A DNA stretch of 55,042 nucleotides from an uncultured Erysipelotrichaceae bacterium (GTDB lineage Bacteria > Bacillota_I > Bacilli_A > RFN20 > CAG-826), in contig OMVV01000011.1 of NCBI GenBank assembly GCA_900314585.1, forward strand, positions 1 through 55,042, written 5' to 3'. This document shows, piece by piece, positions 1-11,694 of the stretch. Position numbers and translations under genes: made by a program. Every line of letters begins with the position of its first letter. Within the stretch, counting starts at the first letter, position 1. The notes beneath the pieces are model-generated. The model was not told the origin of the DNA. It did not search any database and saw only the letters and a list, made by a program, of their open reading frames with translations.

Positions 1-446
<446 letters not shown>

Positions 447-560
447 TTCATAAATTTAAGATTTATATCGAAAATTGTAAAATTTGGGTAACGTAATAAC
501 TTGAGAACATGTATTATATATAATATCTAGTTTTCAGAGAATAACTCTGAATAGAAAAAG

Positions 561-671
561 TCTGGTGGTGATGGCGCGGTGGACACACCTGTTCCCATCC
601 CGAACACAGAAGTTAAGCACCGTAGTGGCGAAGGTATCCGACTTGTCGGGGAGAATAGCGAGCTGCTGGGC
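561..671 (+). rRNA. rrf: 5S rRNA
   Basis: tctggtggtgatggc...cacacctgttcccatcccgaacacagaagttaag...gctgctgggc, downstream of 23S, followed by a U-tract. Confidence 0.96.
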
Positions 672-708
672 TTTTTCTTTTTAAGCACTTATATTAAAAT
701 ATAACCAT

Positions 709-1908
709 ATGAAAAAGATCAATCTAGTTTACTTACGTAGCAAAATCGCTGCAAATAACCCACTTTTAGATAAACAAAAAGAAGAATATCTATCTTATTT
801 AACCAAAGAATATGAAATCTCTAAAGATGGAGAAACATATTTTTTTATTGAATCTGGTGGCACTGAAGAAGAATTTAAGAGGATTTATTCTCAGTATAAA
901 GAACCTTTTAATTTGATCGCGACAAATGCGAATAATTCTCTTCCAGCTTCACTAGAAATTGCCTCATTTTTAAAGAATAAATCTTTGAAATATAATTTAT
1001 CTCATGGCTTAAAAGAAGACATCATTGATGTCTTAAATAAGAAAAGAATTCTTCAGAAGTCTATGAACTATTCCCTTTTAAGTGAGGAAAAGATTCTTGA
1101 TAATAAACGTTTTGGTGTAGTTGGAAAACCATCCGATTGGCTCATCTCTAGCGATGTCGATTATAAACAAGCTAAAGAGAAATTTGGTGCGACATTAGTC
1201 GATATCACTTTTGAAGAATTTAAAAATGAGATTGAACACGCAGTCGATCGAGTTGACCCAATTGTTTTTGAGAATAAATTACCAAAGTATATTACTAAAG
1301 AAACATTACAAGTCGCTTTAAAGATTTATAGCGCTCTATATAACATCATCAAAAAGCATGATTTAGCGGGTGTAACTGTCCGTTGTTTTGATTTACTTGG
1401 TGTTTATCATAATACGTCTTGTTTAGCCCTCGCTTTGCTTAATTCGCATGGTTATATTGCAACATGCGAAGGTGATGTCCCAGCAATGCTAACAATGGCG
1501 ATTATTCGCGCAAAATTCCATCAATCTTCATTCCAAGTCAATCCTTCCTATATTAACGAAAAAGAAAAATATGGCTATTTTGCGCATTGCACAATCCCAC
1601 TAGATATGTGCATTTCATATACTTTTGACACTCATTTTGAATCTGGCTTAGGAATCGGCATTAAAGGAGAACTCAATTTAGCAAAAGTAACAATCTTTAA
1701 AATCAATTCCAAGCTTGATAAATACGAAGTTTTTGAAGGTCAGATCTTAGAGAACCTAAATCATAAAAATCTTTGCAGAACTCAACTAAAAATTGGTTTT
1801 AGTGAAGATATCTCTTCCCTTTTAGATATGCCTTGTGGCAACCATTTAATCATCTTTAAGGGTCATCACAAAGATGAGTTATTATCTTATTTGTCAAAGA
1901 CTAAATAA
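709..1908 (+). CDS. L-fucose/L-arabinose isomerase-like family protein
   Basis: C-terminal motifs TVRCFDLL, CEGDVP, AHCTIP, THFESG, CGNHLI. Confidence 0.65.
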   Translation: MKKINLVYLRSKIAANNPLLDKQKEEYLSYLTKEYEISKDGETYFFIESGGTEEEFKRIYSQYKEPFNLIATNANNSLPASLEIASFLKNKSLKYNLSHGLKEDIIDVLNKKRILQKSMNYSLLSEEKILDNKRFGVVGKPSDWLISSDVDYKQAKEKFGATLVDITFEEFKNEIEHAVDRVDPIVFENKLPKYITKETLQVALKIYSALYNIIKKHDLAGVTVRCFDLLGVYHNTSCLALALLNSHGYIATCEGDVPAMLTMAIIRAKFHQSSFQVNPSYINEKEKYGYFAHCTIPLDMCISYTFDTHFESGLGIGIKGELNLAKVTIFKINSKLDKYEVFEGQILENLNHKNLCRTQLKIGFSEDISSLLDMPCGNHLIIFKGHHKDELLSYLSKTK

Positions 1909-1978
1909 GACATTTTTTGCTTTTATCTTTTTAATATGATATATTCAAAGCAAGATAATTAATTATCTTTTGTTTAAT

Positions 1979-2338
1979 ATGGCAGTAAATAAAAAAACCA
2001 CTTACGGTAAAATCAATATAACTTCAAAAGCGATCGCTAGCGTGGTCGCTAATGCAGCCATAGAATGTTATGGCGTGGTTGGTTTAACATCTAAAAACGC
2101 TTTTTCAGATCGTGTTCAATCTATCTTAAAGAAAGATGAATACGTCAAAGGTGTTAACGTCAGCCAAGATAAGAAATCAGTCTATATTTCTTTATACCTT
2201 GTCATTTCATTTGGAGTGAAGATTACTGAAGTGCTTCGTGAAGTTCAAAAGAAAGTTAATTATGTCGTTTCAAAAACATTTGATTTAGAAGTCAAAGAAG
2301 TTAATGTCTATGCCGTTAACTTGAGGAAAATTGATTAA
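1979..2338 (+). CDS. yloU: Asp23/Gls24 family protein (YloU)
   Basis: YGKINI...ECYGVVG motif; conserved position upstream of the DAK2 gene; ATG 1979 preferred over TTG 1970. Confidence 0.9.
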   Translation: MAVNKKTTYGKINITSKAIASVVANAAIECYGVVGLTSKNAFSDRVQSILKKDEYVKGVNVSQDKKSVYISLYLVISFGVKITEVLREVQKKVNYVVSKTFDLEVKEVNVYAVNLRKID

Positions 2339-2340
2339 TT

Positions 2341-3996
2341 ATGCGAAACATAGATGGACAAACATTAAGGCAGATGTTAGTCTCTGCCGCCAACAACTTA
2401 TATAATCACTATCCAGAGATTGACGCTTTAAACGTCTTCCCAGTTCCAGATGGCGATACTGGTATGAACATGAACCTTACTCTTGCGAGTGGTTCAAAAG
2501 AAGTCGCAAATAGAACTGATGACGATGTTTATACAATCGCATCTTGCTTCTCCAAAGGTTTACTTATGGGTGCAAGAGGTAACTCTGGTGTTATTACCTC
2601 CCAAATCTTTAGAGGTTTTGCTGATTCCTTAAAAGGAAAAGAAAACATTACCACCAAAGATTTAGCCGAAGCTTTCGCTAATGGCTCAACCGTTGCTTAT
2701 AAAGCTGTTATGAGACCAGTCGAAGGTACAATTTTAACCGTTATTCGTGAGTCTTCAAATGCTTTAAGCAATTATGTCGCTGATCATGACATTTCCGTTG
2801 ATAAAGCAATGGAATATATCTTGAAAGAAGCTGAAGCTTCCCTTCAAAGAACTCCAGAACTTCTTCCGGTTTTAAAAGAAGTTGGCGTTGTCGACTCTGG
2901 TGGTGCTGGTTTATGCACAATTCTTTTTGGTATGAACGAAGCTCTCAAAGGTAACTTCATCGAAAAGAATCAAGTCGAAGCAATGCAAGGCGAAAGCGAT
3001 AAAACTGCTCTCGCTTCCTTTAAGGAAGATGATGAATTTGGCTATTGCACAGAATTCATTATGCGTTTAGGCCCAGATTCAGTTAAGAAAGCATTCAATG
3101 AGAATAGATTTAAGAACTGGTTACTTGCTCAAGGTAACTCGTTAGTTGTCGTTCGTGACGATGATATCGTTAAGGTTCACGTTCATACTCTTACACCTGG
3201 TCATGTTTTAACTTACGCACAAGGTTATGGTGAATTCATTAAACTCAAAATTGAGAATATGACTGAACAACACACCAACCTTACAACTAAACCAGAAGAA
3301 CCACGTAAGGAAGTTGCGCCAAAAGAGCCAGCCAAAGATTATGGTATGGTCGCTATCAGTGCTGGTAAAGGTATTGATGAACTCTTCACTGAAATTGGTG
3401 TTGATAAGATTGTTAGTGGTGGTCAAACCATGAATCCATCAATCGAAGATATTGTTAATGCGATTAGAATGGCGAACGCGAAATCAGTATTTGTCTTCCC
3501 AAATAACTCCAATATCATCATGGCGGCATTACAAGCATCCGATGTTTTAGCTGATGAAGTGAAAGTTCATGTTATCGCTACTAAGACAATACCTCAAGGT
3601 ATTGTGGCGGCATCAAGTTTCTCACCAGATTTATCTGATAAAGAAAATATTAAGAACATGAAAGATGCAATCAAACACATCAAATCTGGTTCTGTTACTT
3701 ACGCTATCAAAGATACAGTTATCGATGGTGTTAGTGTCACTAAAGATTACTTCATGGGTATTTCTGATAAGAAGATTGTCACCTGTGAGAAAAAGCCATT
3801 AACAGCTCTATATAAATTAATTGCAACGATGGTCAATTCCGATACATATTTAATCACCATTTTAGTTGGTGCAGATGTTAAGGATGATGACATTAAACTC
3901 ATTAATACTAGACTTTCGAAGAAATATCCAGAAGTTGAACTCGACATCCGTCGTGGTGATCAACCAGTTTATTCCTTCCTCGTCGGTGTTGAATAA
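2341..3996 (+). CDS. fakA: DAK2-domain fatty acid kinase subunit A (YloV)
   Basis: LNVFPVPDGDTG, GARGNSGVI, VDSGG, GGQTMNPS, GDQPVY motifs. Confidence 0.93.
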   Translation: MRNIDGQTLRQMLVSAANNLYNHYPEIDALNVFPVPDGDTGMNMNLTLASGSKEVANRTDDDVYTIASCFSKGLLMGARGNSGVITSQIFRGFADSLKGKENITTKDLAEAFANGSTVAYKAVMRPVEGTILTVIRESSNALSNYVADHDISVDKAMEYILKEAEASLQRTPELLPVLKEVGVVDSGGAGLCTILFGMNEALKGNFIEKNQVEAMQGESDKTALASFKEDDEFGYCTEFIMRLGPDSVKKAFNENRFKNWLLAQGNSLVVVRDDDIVKVHVHTLTPGHVLTYAQGYGEFIKLKIENMTEQHTNLTTKPEEPRKEVAPKEPAKDYGMVAISAGKGIDELFTEIGVDKIVSGGQTMNPSIEDIVNAIRMANAKSVFVFPNNSNIIMAALQASDVLADEVKVHVIATKTIPQGIVAASSFSPDLSDKENIKNMKDAIKHIKSGSVTYAIKDTVIDGVSVTKDYFMGISDKKIVTCEKKPLTALYKLIATMVNSDTYLITILVGADVKDDDIKLINTRLSKKYPEVELDIRRGDQPVYSFLVGVE

Positions 3997-4025
3997 TCAT
4001 TAAAGGCCTATTGGCCTTTTCTTTT

Positions 4026-6026
4026 ATGAAGTTTTCCAAATCAGAACGTATTAACAAAGCACTTTATGACATGGGCTTATATTCATATAAGGACATTGTT
4101 TTTCATTTGCCTCGTCGATATGACGATCTTCATCCTACAAAGGAAAGCGAATTAAAAGATAAAGAAAGAATCGTTTTTGTTGGTGAAGTAGTTGGTTCAG
4201 CCGTCACAAGAAGGTTTGCTAGACAATCAGTAACTAAATTCACCTTTGTGACAAAAGATAAAAACGTCTTCATGGTTGAAGCGTGGAATAGACCATATTT
4301 GAGTACGATTATTAAAAGTGATGAAATCTACACTTTAGTGGGTTCATACGATAAAAAGAAAAATCTTATAAATTTGATTAACCTCACCAAAGGTGAGATT
4401 ACTGATGATAGATATATTAAACCCATTTATTCATTATCGAGAAATATTGATAATTACGAATTTATTCGTTTAGTAAATAAAGCTTTCTGCGAACTAACCG
4501 ATCAAGATATCTATAACGAAGTTCCAGCCTATTTTATGACCAAATACCGTCTTGAAAAGAAGATTGATGCTTTAAAACTTGCGCATGCTCCTAAAGACGC
4601 CAAAGACATTTATAAAGGCCTTCGAGTTTTAAAATATGAAGAATGCTTACTTTTCTCTTTGAAAACACAGATGATTCGTAACATAAACAAAGAACTCGTC
4701 CATCATCAAAGAGTCGAATTTGATAAAAGTAAAATAAATGAGTTTATCCAGGGTTTGCCGTATAAATTAACAAATTCACAGCTTAAAGCAATCGATGAAA
4801 TTTTGAGCGATTTAAATCGTCCAAACTTGATGTATCGCTTACTTCAAGGCGATGTTGGAACTGGCAAAACTTTAGTCGCAATGATTGGCTTATATGCGAA
4901 TTATTTGCGAGGTGAACAAGGTGCGTTTATGGCACCAACGGATGCTTTAGCGAGACAACATTATAAAAGTTTTGTGAAATTGTTATCTCCGTTAGGAATT
5001 AAAGTCGCATTACTACTAGGCTCTACTTTAACAAAAGATCGTTCGGTAATTCGTAAAGCTTTAATGAACGGTGAAATTGATATTGTTGTGGGAACCCACG
5101 CATTATTCTCGAAAGATATCACTTATCAATCACTTGGACTTGCGATTATTGATGAACAACATAAATTCGGTGTTAACCAAAGAATGCTGTTAACTTCAAA
5201 AGGTGAAAATGCTGATTTATTGCTGATGAGTGCAACTCCAATTCCTCGTACTTTAGCACTTACCTTATATGGCGATTTAGATGTATCAACATTAACCGAT
5301 TTTCCATATAAAGAACGGAGAATTACCACGAAAATCGTAAAAGATGATGACAAAAAAATCTTTGCGGAAATCGAAAAATCTCTCGCTCAAAATAAACGCG
5401 TTTTTGTGGTTGCTCCAATCATCATTGAAAGTGAAGATAAACAAATCTCTGTCGAAAAGCTTTTTGCAAAATATCTCCTCAAATTTCCAGGAAAAGTTGC
5501 ATTGCTACACGGAAAGCTCGATCAAGATGATAAGAACTTTGCTCTTCAAGATTTTGTGAGTGGAGAATCACCAATTTTAATCTCAACCAGTGTGATTGAA
5601 GTTGGTATCGATGTTCCAAATGCTGATTTGATGGTTATTTATGATCCAACTCATTTTGGTTTAGCCTCTCTTCATCAACTTCGCGGTCGTATTGGTCGAG
5701 ATGGAAATGAATCAACATGTCTGCTCGTTACAAATTCAAATGATGAAGATGAACTCGACAAATTAAACGTCCTCGTTAACTCAAATGACGGTTTCTATAT
5801 TGCTGAAGAAGACTTAAAACGTCGTGGTCCTGGTGAACTTGGTGGTTTAAAACAATCTGGAATTGCCAATTTTATGTTCGTTAACTTAGTGAATGATTTC
5901 AGAATGTTTGAAGCGGCTAGAAATGATGCAAAATTCATTTTAGATAACTCTGATCAAATAGGATTTAGACATATTATTAATCGGGCAAAACGTGAAATAG
6001 ATTCATCTAATTTCACCAATGTTTAG
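4026..6026 (+). CDS. recG: ATP-dependent DNA helicase RecG
   Basis: LLQGDVGTGKT, DEQHKFG, MSATPIPRTL, QLRGRIGR, DLKRRGPGE. Confidence 0.96.
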   Translation: MKFSKSERINKALYDMGLYSYKDIVFHLPRRYDDLHPTKESELKDKERIVFVGEVVGSAVTRRFARQSVTKFTFVTKDKNVFMVEAWNRPYLSTIIKSDEIYTLVGSYDKKKNLINLINLTKGEITDDRYIKPIYSLSRNIDNYEFIRLVNKAFCELTDQDIYNEVPAYFMTKYRLEKKIDALKLAHAPKDAKDIYKGLRVLKYEECLLFSLKTQMIRNINKELVHHQRVEFDKSKINEFIQGLPYKLTNSQLKAIDEILSDLNRPNLMYRLLQGDVGTGKTLVAMIGLYANYLRGEQGAFMAPTDALARQHYKSFVKLLSPLGIKVALLLGSTLTKDRSVIRKALMNGEIDIVVGTHALFSKDITYQSLGLAIIDEQHKFGVNQRMLLTSKGENADLLLMSATPIPRTLALTLYGDLDVSTLTDFPYKERRITTKIVKDDDKKIFAEIEKSLAQNKRVFVVAPIIIESEDKQISVEKLFAKYLLKFPGKVALLHGKLDQDDKNFALQDFVSGESPILISTSVIEVGIDVPNADLMVIYDPTHFGLASLHQLRGRIGRDGNESTCLLVTNSNDEDELDKLNVLVNSNDGFYIAEEDLKRRGPGELGGLKQSGIANFMFVNLVNDFRMFEAARNDAKFILDNSDQIGFRHIINRAKREIDSSNFTNV

Positions 6027-6119
6027 GCTTTAAAACATATATAAGAGTACCAAACAATCTATTGTTTTTTGTTATGATATATTTTTTCTTGTGTTAGAAT
6101 ATGTGCGGAGATTTTTATT

Positions 6120-7091
6120 ATGGTAAAAATAGTCGTTGATATGATGGGTGGCGATAATGGCGCAACCCCAACCATTGCTGCAGTCACAAAATTCCTCGAA
6201 GATCATGATGATGTCGAGATTGTTGCTGTTGGTGATGAAAAAGTTTTAGAACCATTAAAAGAAAAAGTAAAAATCATTCCTTCTACAACTGTCGCTCCTA
6301 TGGAATGCTCAGTTATGCAAGCGATGAGAGATAAAGAATCATCAGTCTATAAAGCTGTCACTGCAACATTAAGTGAAAATGCTGATGCTGTTTTATCAGC
6401 CGGATCGACTGGTGCTTTCCTTTCTTTATGCACTTTGATCTTAAAGAAAATTGAAGGTGTTGATCGTCCAGCACTTATCACTCAATTCCCGACCAAAATT
6501 GAAGGCAAATATGTTGTCCTTCTTGATGTTGGTGCATCTGCTGATAACAACGCTGAAGAATTGGTTCAATTTGCCAAGATCGGCGAAGCCTATTATCAAG
6601 CTTTTTACGATAAGAAAAATCCTGATGTCTATTTGATTTGTAATGGCACCGAAGAAGGAAAGGGTAACAACCTTTCTAAACAAGCCTACTCAATGTTAAA
6701 AGGTAGAGAAAACTTTAAAGGATATCTTGAAGGTCGAGATGTCTTAACAGGTGTTGCTGACGTGGTCGTTTTCGATGGCTTCACTGGTAATGTTTTCTTA
6801 AAGGGTACCGAAGGTACCGCTAAGATGATGGGCGGACTAATGAAGAACGCTTTCTTATCTTCTTTATCATCTAAGATTGGCTATTTATTTGCCCGCAAAT
6901 CACTTAAGAAGATGACTGAATTAATGAACTATAAACGAGTTGGTGGAGCCCTTCTTGTTGGTGTTAACAAGGTTGCAGTTAAAGCCCATGGTAACGCTGA
7001 TTTTGAATCCTTCTATGGCTCTTTGATGGTCGCATATAATTCAGCCAAAAAACAAACCGTCGAAAAGATTAAAGAGAATTTGAAAATATGA
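6120..7091 (+). CDS. plsX: Phosphate acyltransferase PlsX
   Basis: VDMMGGDNG, SAGSTGA, DGFTGNVFLK, KAHG; follows recG. Confidence 0.95.
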   Translation: MVKIVVDMMGGDNGATPTIAAVTKFLEDHDDVEIVAVGDEKVLEPLKEKVKIIPSTTVAPMECSVMQAMRDKESSVYKAVTATLSENADAVLSAGSTGAFLSLCTLILKKIEGVDRPALITQFPTKIEGKYVVLLDVGASADNNAEELVQFAKIGEAYYQAFYDKKNPDVYLICNGTEEGKGNNLSKQAYSMLKGRENFKGYLEGRDVLTGVADVVVFDGFTGNVFLKGTEGTAKMMGGLMKNAFLSSLSSKIGYLFARKSLKKMTELMNYKRVGGALLVGVNKVAVKAHGNADFESFYGSLMVAYNSAKKQTVEKIKENLKI

Positions 7092-7771
7092 GGCCACTTA
7101 TTGAATTACTAACCAAACTTAATATCAAACCAAAACACATTGCTTTATTTGAGACTGCTTTCACGCACTCATCATATAATGCAGACGCAAACACCAAACA
7201 TCATGACTACGAACGCTTAGAGTATTTAGGCGACTCAGTCATTGGTCTAGTTGTTAGCGAAGTAAGTTATGGAGCCCGTCCAGAAATGGCACAAGGCCCA
7301 CTTACAAAAATGAAATCGATGCTTGTTTCAACAAATTCACTTGCTGATTTAGCACGTAAGTTTGATTTTCCTAATTATATTAGGGTTGGTAATTCATTCT
7401 CTGGTGATATCTCAAAAGCAAACCATCTTTTAGAAGATGTCTTCGAAGCTTTCTTTGGTGCGCTTTACCTCGACCAAGGTTTTGAAGTCGCTCGTAAGAT
7501 GCTCATTGATATCTTCATTGGTCCAATCAAAGCATACAACGTCGATGATTTGACCGACTATAAATCAAGACTTCAAGAAGAAATGCAAGCAGAACATCGT
7601 GAATCAGTTATCTATGAAGTCATCTCTGAAAGCGGACCTTCTCATGATAAACGCTTTGTTGTCCATGTTACATTTGATGGCATTGAACTTGGCGTTGGAG
7701 AAGGCAAAACCAAAAAACAAGCCGAACAAATGGCTGCGAAAGCCGCTCTTAATAAGGAAGCATCCAAATAA
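7088..7771 (+). CDS. rnc: Ribonuclease III
   Basis: ERLEYLGDSV signature and C-terminal dsRBD (DYKSRLQE...KKQAEQMAA). Confidence 0.97.
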   Translation: MRPLIELLTKLNIKPKHIALFETAFTHSSYNADANTKHHDYERLEYLGDSVIGLVVSEVSYGARPEMAQGPLTKMKSMLVSTNSLADLARKFDFPNYIRVGNSFSGDISKANHLLEDVFEAFFGALYLDQGFEVARKMLIDIFIGPIKAYNVDDLTDYKSRLQEEMQAEHRESVIYEVISESGPSHDKRFVVHVTFDGIELGVGEGKTKKQAEQMAAKAALNKEASK

Positions 7772-8745
7772 TGGGTTTATTTAAGTTTCTAAAAGAAAAG
7801 ATTTCAAAGAAGAATGTCCAGGAAACTGAAACATATGTTTCAGGTATGGCAAAATCTCGTGAAAACTTCGCCAATAAGCTTGAAGAATTAACCAAGCGAT
7901 ATAAAGAAGTTAATCAAGAGTATTTTGAACAACTCGAAGAAATCTTAATTGAAGCTGATGTTGGTGTTTCTTTAACCTTGCGAATTATTGAAGAAGTTAT
8001 TACTAAAAGTAAACAGCAAGGCATCAAAGATCCTGCTGCAATTAATGAACTTGTTGTTGATAAGATGTTCGTTGGCTATGCCACTAAAGGCGGAAACATT
8101 ACTAACGAGATTCAATTTGTTAGCGAAGGACCAACTGTTCTTTTGGTCGCTGGTGTTAATGGCGTTGGTAAAACAACATCAATTGCTAAACTTGCTCATC
8201 GATATATCAAACAAGGTAAAAAAGTAATGCTTTGTGCCGCTGATACTTTCCGTGCAGGTGCGGTGGAACAATTAACAATTTGGGCTGAGCGTCTTAAATG
8301 TCCAATTGTTACCGGTAAACCAGAATCTGATCCTGCGAGTGTTGCCTACGAAGGTGCACGTCAAGCACGCCTACAGAATGTTGACTTACTTATCGTAGAT
8401 ACAGCTGGTCGACTTCAAAATAAAGTTAATTTGATGAACGAATTAGCGAAAATATCTCGTGTTATTTCTAAAGAAATACCTAACGCTCCACACGAAGCGT
8501 TCTTGATTATTGATGCAACCACTGGACAAAATGGTGTCCTTCAAGCAAAACAATTCCTTGAATGTATTAAGTTAACTGGTATTGTAATAACTAAAATGGA
8601 TGGAACATCCAAGGGTGGAATTATTCTTGCTATCCGCGATGAACTTGGAATTCCTGTTCGCTTCATTGGTTTAGGTGAAAAGATGGATGACCTCGAAGAA
8701 TTCGATTTAGATAAATATTTATATGGCCTTTGCCTTGCTAAATAG
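7771..8745 (+). CDS. ftsY: SRP receptor FtsY
   Basis: [33 protein letters not shown]. Confidence 0.97.
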   Translation: MGLFKFLKEKISKKNVQETETYVSGMAKSRENFANKLEELTKRYKEVNQEYFEQLEEILIEADVGVSLTLRIIEEVITKSKQQGIKDPAAINELVVDKMFVGYATKGGNITNEIQFVSEGPTVLLVAGVNGVGKTTSIAKLAHRYIKQGKKVMLCAADTFRAGAVEQLTIWAERLKCPIVTGKPESDPASVAYEGARQARLQNVDLLIVDTAGRLQNKVNLMNELAKISRVISKEIPNAPHEAFLIIDATTGQNGVLQAKQFLECIKLTGIVITKMDGTSKGGIILAIRDELGIPVRFIGLGEKMDDLEEFDLDKYLYGLCLAK

Positions 8746-8747
8746 TT

Positions 8748-9050
8748 ATGGAAGAAATTAAAAGAGTTGAACGCATTAATAGATTACTCGACTTATATGG
8801 TCGTCTTTTAACCAAGTCTCAACTCGAGATTATGTCGGATTACTATTACTGCGATTTATCTCTTTCCGAAATCGCTCAGCTTAGAAATATTTCTCGTACA
8901 GCGGTATCTGATTCAATCAATAAATCCATTAAAAAATTGGAGAATTACGAGGAAAAATTGCAATTGTGTAAAGTTTTTGATTCCCAAAAAAGTGGCAAAA
9001 ACAAAGACGTCGTTAATAAAATTGAGGAGATGATTAAAGATGGCATTTGA
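8748..9050 (+). CDS. ylxM: YlxM HTH protein (UPF0122)
   Basis: YGRLLTKSQ...DLSLSEIA; lies between ftsY and ffh. Confidence 0.9.
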   Translation: MEEIKRVERINRLLDLYGRLLTKSQLEIMSDYYYCDLSLSEIAQLRNISRTAVSDSINKSIKKLENYEEKLQLCKVFDSQKSGKNKDVVNKIEEMIKDGI

Positions 9051-10392
9051 ATCTTTAAGTGAGAAATTTCAACGCATCCTAAAGAAAGTTAAAGGTCAAT
9101 CACGTTTAACTGAAGCCAATATGGATGAGATGCTTAAAGAAGTTCGCATTGCTTTGCTTGAAGCTGATGTCAATTTTAAAGTCGTAAAAGAATTCGTTGA
9201 ACAAGTTAAACAAAAAGCCATCGGTGAAGAAGTTTATACAAAACTTAATCCTTCTCAAATGGTCGTTAAAATTGTTCATGATGAACTTACTGAATTACTT
9301 GGTTCAGGCGAAAGTGAAATCATCTACGAAAAGAATAAACCAACAATCATCATGTTAGTCGGTTTACAAGGTACTGGTAAAACAACATCCGCTGGTAAAC
9401 TTGCTAACTTAATGAAGAGAAAACTTGCCAAGAAAGTTCTTTTAGCAGCTTGTGACGTTTATCGTCCTGCCGCTATCGATCAATTACAACAAATCGGAAA
9501 ACAAATTGATGTTCCAGTTTTTACAATGGGCACCGATGTTTCTCCGGTTGAAATTGCAGTGAAGGCAAAAGAAAAAGCATATAACGATCATTTCGATGTA
9601 TTAATTATAGATACTGCTGGTCGTCTTCAAATAGATGAACCGTTAATGAAAGAACTTAACGATATTTCTGCAAAAGTCGAACCAAATGAGGTTTTGCTCC
9701 TCGTTGATGCAATGTCTGGCCAAGACGCAATCAATGTTGCAAAAGCCTTTAATGAATCACTCTCTTTAACTGGTATCATCATGTCTAAACTTGATGGTGA
9801 CGCTCGTGGTGGTTCTTCCTTATCAATCAAACATTTAACTGGTGTGCCAATTAAGTTCGCCGGTACTGGTGAAAAACTCACCGATTTAGATGTATTCCAT
9901 CCAGATCGAATGGCTGATCGAATTCTTGGTATGGGTGACATAGTCACCTTGGTTGAAAAAGTCCAAGAAGAAATTGATGAAAAAGAAGCTCGTAAAGACG
10001 CTGAAGCAATGCTTGATGGAAAGTTCACTTTAGATGATCTTCTCAAGCAGATGAAACGTATCCAAAAACTTGGTTCAATGGGTGGATTGTTAAAACTCAT
10101 TCCAGGCATGCCAAAAATTACCGAAGAACAAAAAGAAGCCGGTGAACGCGAGATGCGTAATTTTGAAGCGATCATCAATTCGATGACACCATATGAAAGA
10201 CAACATCCAGAAGTTTTAAAGAATTCACGTAAAGTTAGAATTGCGAATGGATGTGGTAAGACAAATGCCGATATCAACCGTCTTCTTAAACGTTATGAGT
10301 CAATGCTTGAAATGATGAAAAAGATGCAACAATACAAAAAAACTGGCAGAATGCCACCAGGAATGGGATTTCCGCCAGGAGGTATGATGTAA
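9040..10392 (+). CDS. ffh: Signal recognition particle protein Ffh
   Basis: GLQGTGKTT, DVYRPAA, DTAGRL, KLDGDARGG, Met-rich M domain. Confidence 0.97.
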   Translation: MAFESLSEKFQRILKKVKGQSRLTEANMDEMLKEVRIALLEADVNFKVVKEFVEQVKQKAIGEEVYTKLNPSQMVVKIVHDELTELLGSGESEIIYEKNKPTIIMLVGLQGTGKTTSAGKLANLMKRKLAKKVLLAACDVYRPAAIDQLQQIGKQIDVPVFTMGTDVSPVEIAVKAKEKAYNDHFDVLIIDTAGRLQIDEPLMKELNDISAKVEPNEVLLLVDAMSGQDAINVAKAFNESLSLTGIIMSKLDGDARGGSSLSIKHLTGVPIKFAGTGEKLTDLDVFHPDRMADRILGMGDIVTLVEKVQEEIDEKEARKDAEAMLDGKFTLDDLLKQMKRIQKLGSMGGLLKLIPGMPKITEEQKEAGEREMRNFEAIINSMTPYERQHPEVLKNSRKVRIANGCGKTNADINRLLKRYESMLEMMKKMQQYKKTGRMPPGMGFPPGGMM

Positions 10393-10393
10393 G

Positions 10394-10417
10394 AAAAAAA
10401 ACGGCTGTACCGTTTTT
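10394..10417. terminator. Short, probably bidirectional terminator between convergent ffh and trmD
   Basis: aaaaaaaacgg-ctgta-ccgttttt. Confidence 0.55.
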
Positions 10418-11189
10418 ATTTTGTGAATTTCTTTCCTTTTTCTAAGGCATCGGTCAACCATTTAGGTTCATCGATTTCTTTATCAATCTCATCCAATAAT
10501 TTTTTATCTTGTTTACTGAGATCGTGTTTAGCGAATAAATCAGGACGATTGCTTCGAGTGATCTTTAAGCTTTCTTTACGTCGATATTTATTAATCGCCT
10601 CATGATTGCCCGTATAAAGAATGTCAGGAACTTTCTTTCCTTCAAATTCTTTTGGTTCAGTGAATTGAGGATATTCTAATAAGTTATCTGAGAATGTTTC
10701 CTCATCTAGTGATGGGCTTGAAATCGCCCCATCGAGTAATCTGATAATTGAATCGGCAATTACCATCGCTCCGATCTCTCCGCCGGTGAGAACATAGTCA
10801 CCAATTGAGAATAAATCATCAACGTAATAATTAACTCTTTCATCGACCCCTTCATAGTGGCCGCAGATAAGAACGATATCTTCACATTTTGACAATTTAA
10901 CCGCGTTTTGCTGGGAATATTGTTTACCTTTTGGTGATAACAAAATCTTAAATGAGTCTTTCGCGGAGTTCTTTCTTAAAGCATCAACAATCGGTTGAGC
11001 TTTCATGATTAACCCAGCTCCGCCACCAATTGGAGGAGTATCGACGCGACCATATTTATCTAATGTATAATCACGAATGTTAACGATTTTAACTTCAACA
11101 ACTTTCTTTCCAATCGCACGTTTAATAATCGAATTCGTTAAGAATCCGTCAAACATTTCTGGAAATAAAGTTAAGATTGTTATCTTCAT
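10416..11189 (-). CDS. trmD: tRNA (guanine-N1)-methyltransferase TrmD
   Basis: LTLFPEMF, LICGHYEGVDER, SIGDYVLTGGE, LLEYPQFT. Confidence 0.97.
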   Translation of the reverse strand: MKITILTLFPEMFDGFLTNSIIKRAIGKKVVEVKIVNIRDYTLDKYGRVDTPPIGGGAGLIMKAQPIVDALRKNSAKDSFKILLSPKGKQYSQQNAVKLSKCEDIVLICGHYEGVDERVNYYVDDLFSIGDYVLTGGEIGAMVIADSIIRLLDGAISSPSLDEETFSDNLLEYPQFTEPKEFEGKKVPDILYTGNHEAINKYRRKESLKITRSNRPDLFAKHDLSKQDKKLLDEIDKEIDEPKWLTDALEKGKKFTK

Positions 11190-11692
11190 AATAAGCCTTC
11201 GATATATTTCACAATTATCTTCTTTTCTTCAAGAGAAACAGAATGGATGAACGCTTTAACAAACGGGATTAAAACGTCTTTTGGTTTGTGAGCAATTCTT
11301 AGAGTTGCGTAGCTATTATATTCTTCAACTTTTTTGACTTTACCGATCAATGTGCCATTATCAAAATAGACATCAAGACCGACTAAGTCACAGAAGAAAT
11401 ATTCACCCTTTTCTAAGAAAGATAAATCTTTCTCAACAACCAAATCGAAATGAACAAATCCTTCAACTTGTTCAATCGTTTCAAGACCTTCAAATTTAAG
11501 GAAGTCAAAACCTTTATCTTCTCGATGAGATTTGATGACTAATTCATCTTTGATATTGCCATCTATATCTCTTAAAAAAACATGACTCCCTTTGGAAAAT
11601 CGGGAGTCACGAAAATGAGTTGAGGGATATATTTTAACTTCGCCTTTGAGGCCAACAGTTCTTATGATTGTTCCAACTGTTAAATATTCCAT
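11186..11692 (-). CDS. rimM: Ribosome maturation factor RimM
   Basis: GLKGEVKI, EYFFCDLVGL, LIPFV PRC barrel; operon context. Confidence 0.93.
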   Translation of the reverse strand: MEYLTVGTIIRTVGLKGEVKIYPSTHFRDSRFSKGSHVFLRDIDGNIKDELVIKSHREDKGFDFLKFEGLETIEQVEGFVHFDLVVEKDLSFLEKGEYFFCDLVGLDVYFDNGTLIGKVKKVEEYNSYATLRIAHKPKDVLIPFVKAFIHSVSLEEKKIIVKYIEGLL

Positions 11693-11694
11693 TC

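Noticed and set aside
9627-10277. 216-aa antisense ORF, plus the similar shadow ORFs inside rpsB/tsf, polC, the rnf genes, the HTH gene and 54710-54967
   Set aside because: They are antisense or frame-shifted shadows of well-supported genes, with no motifs or translation signals.
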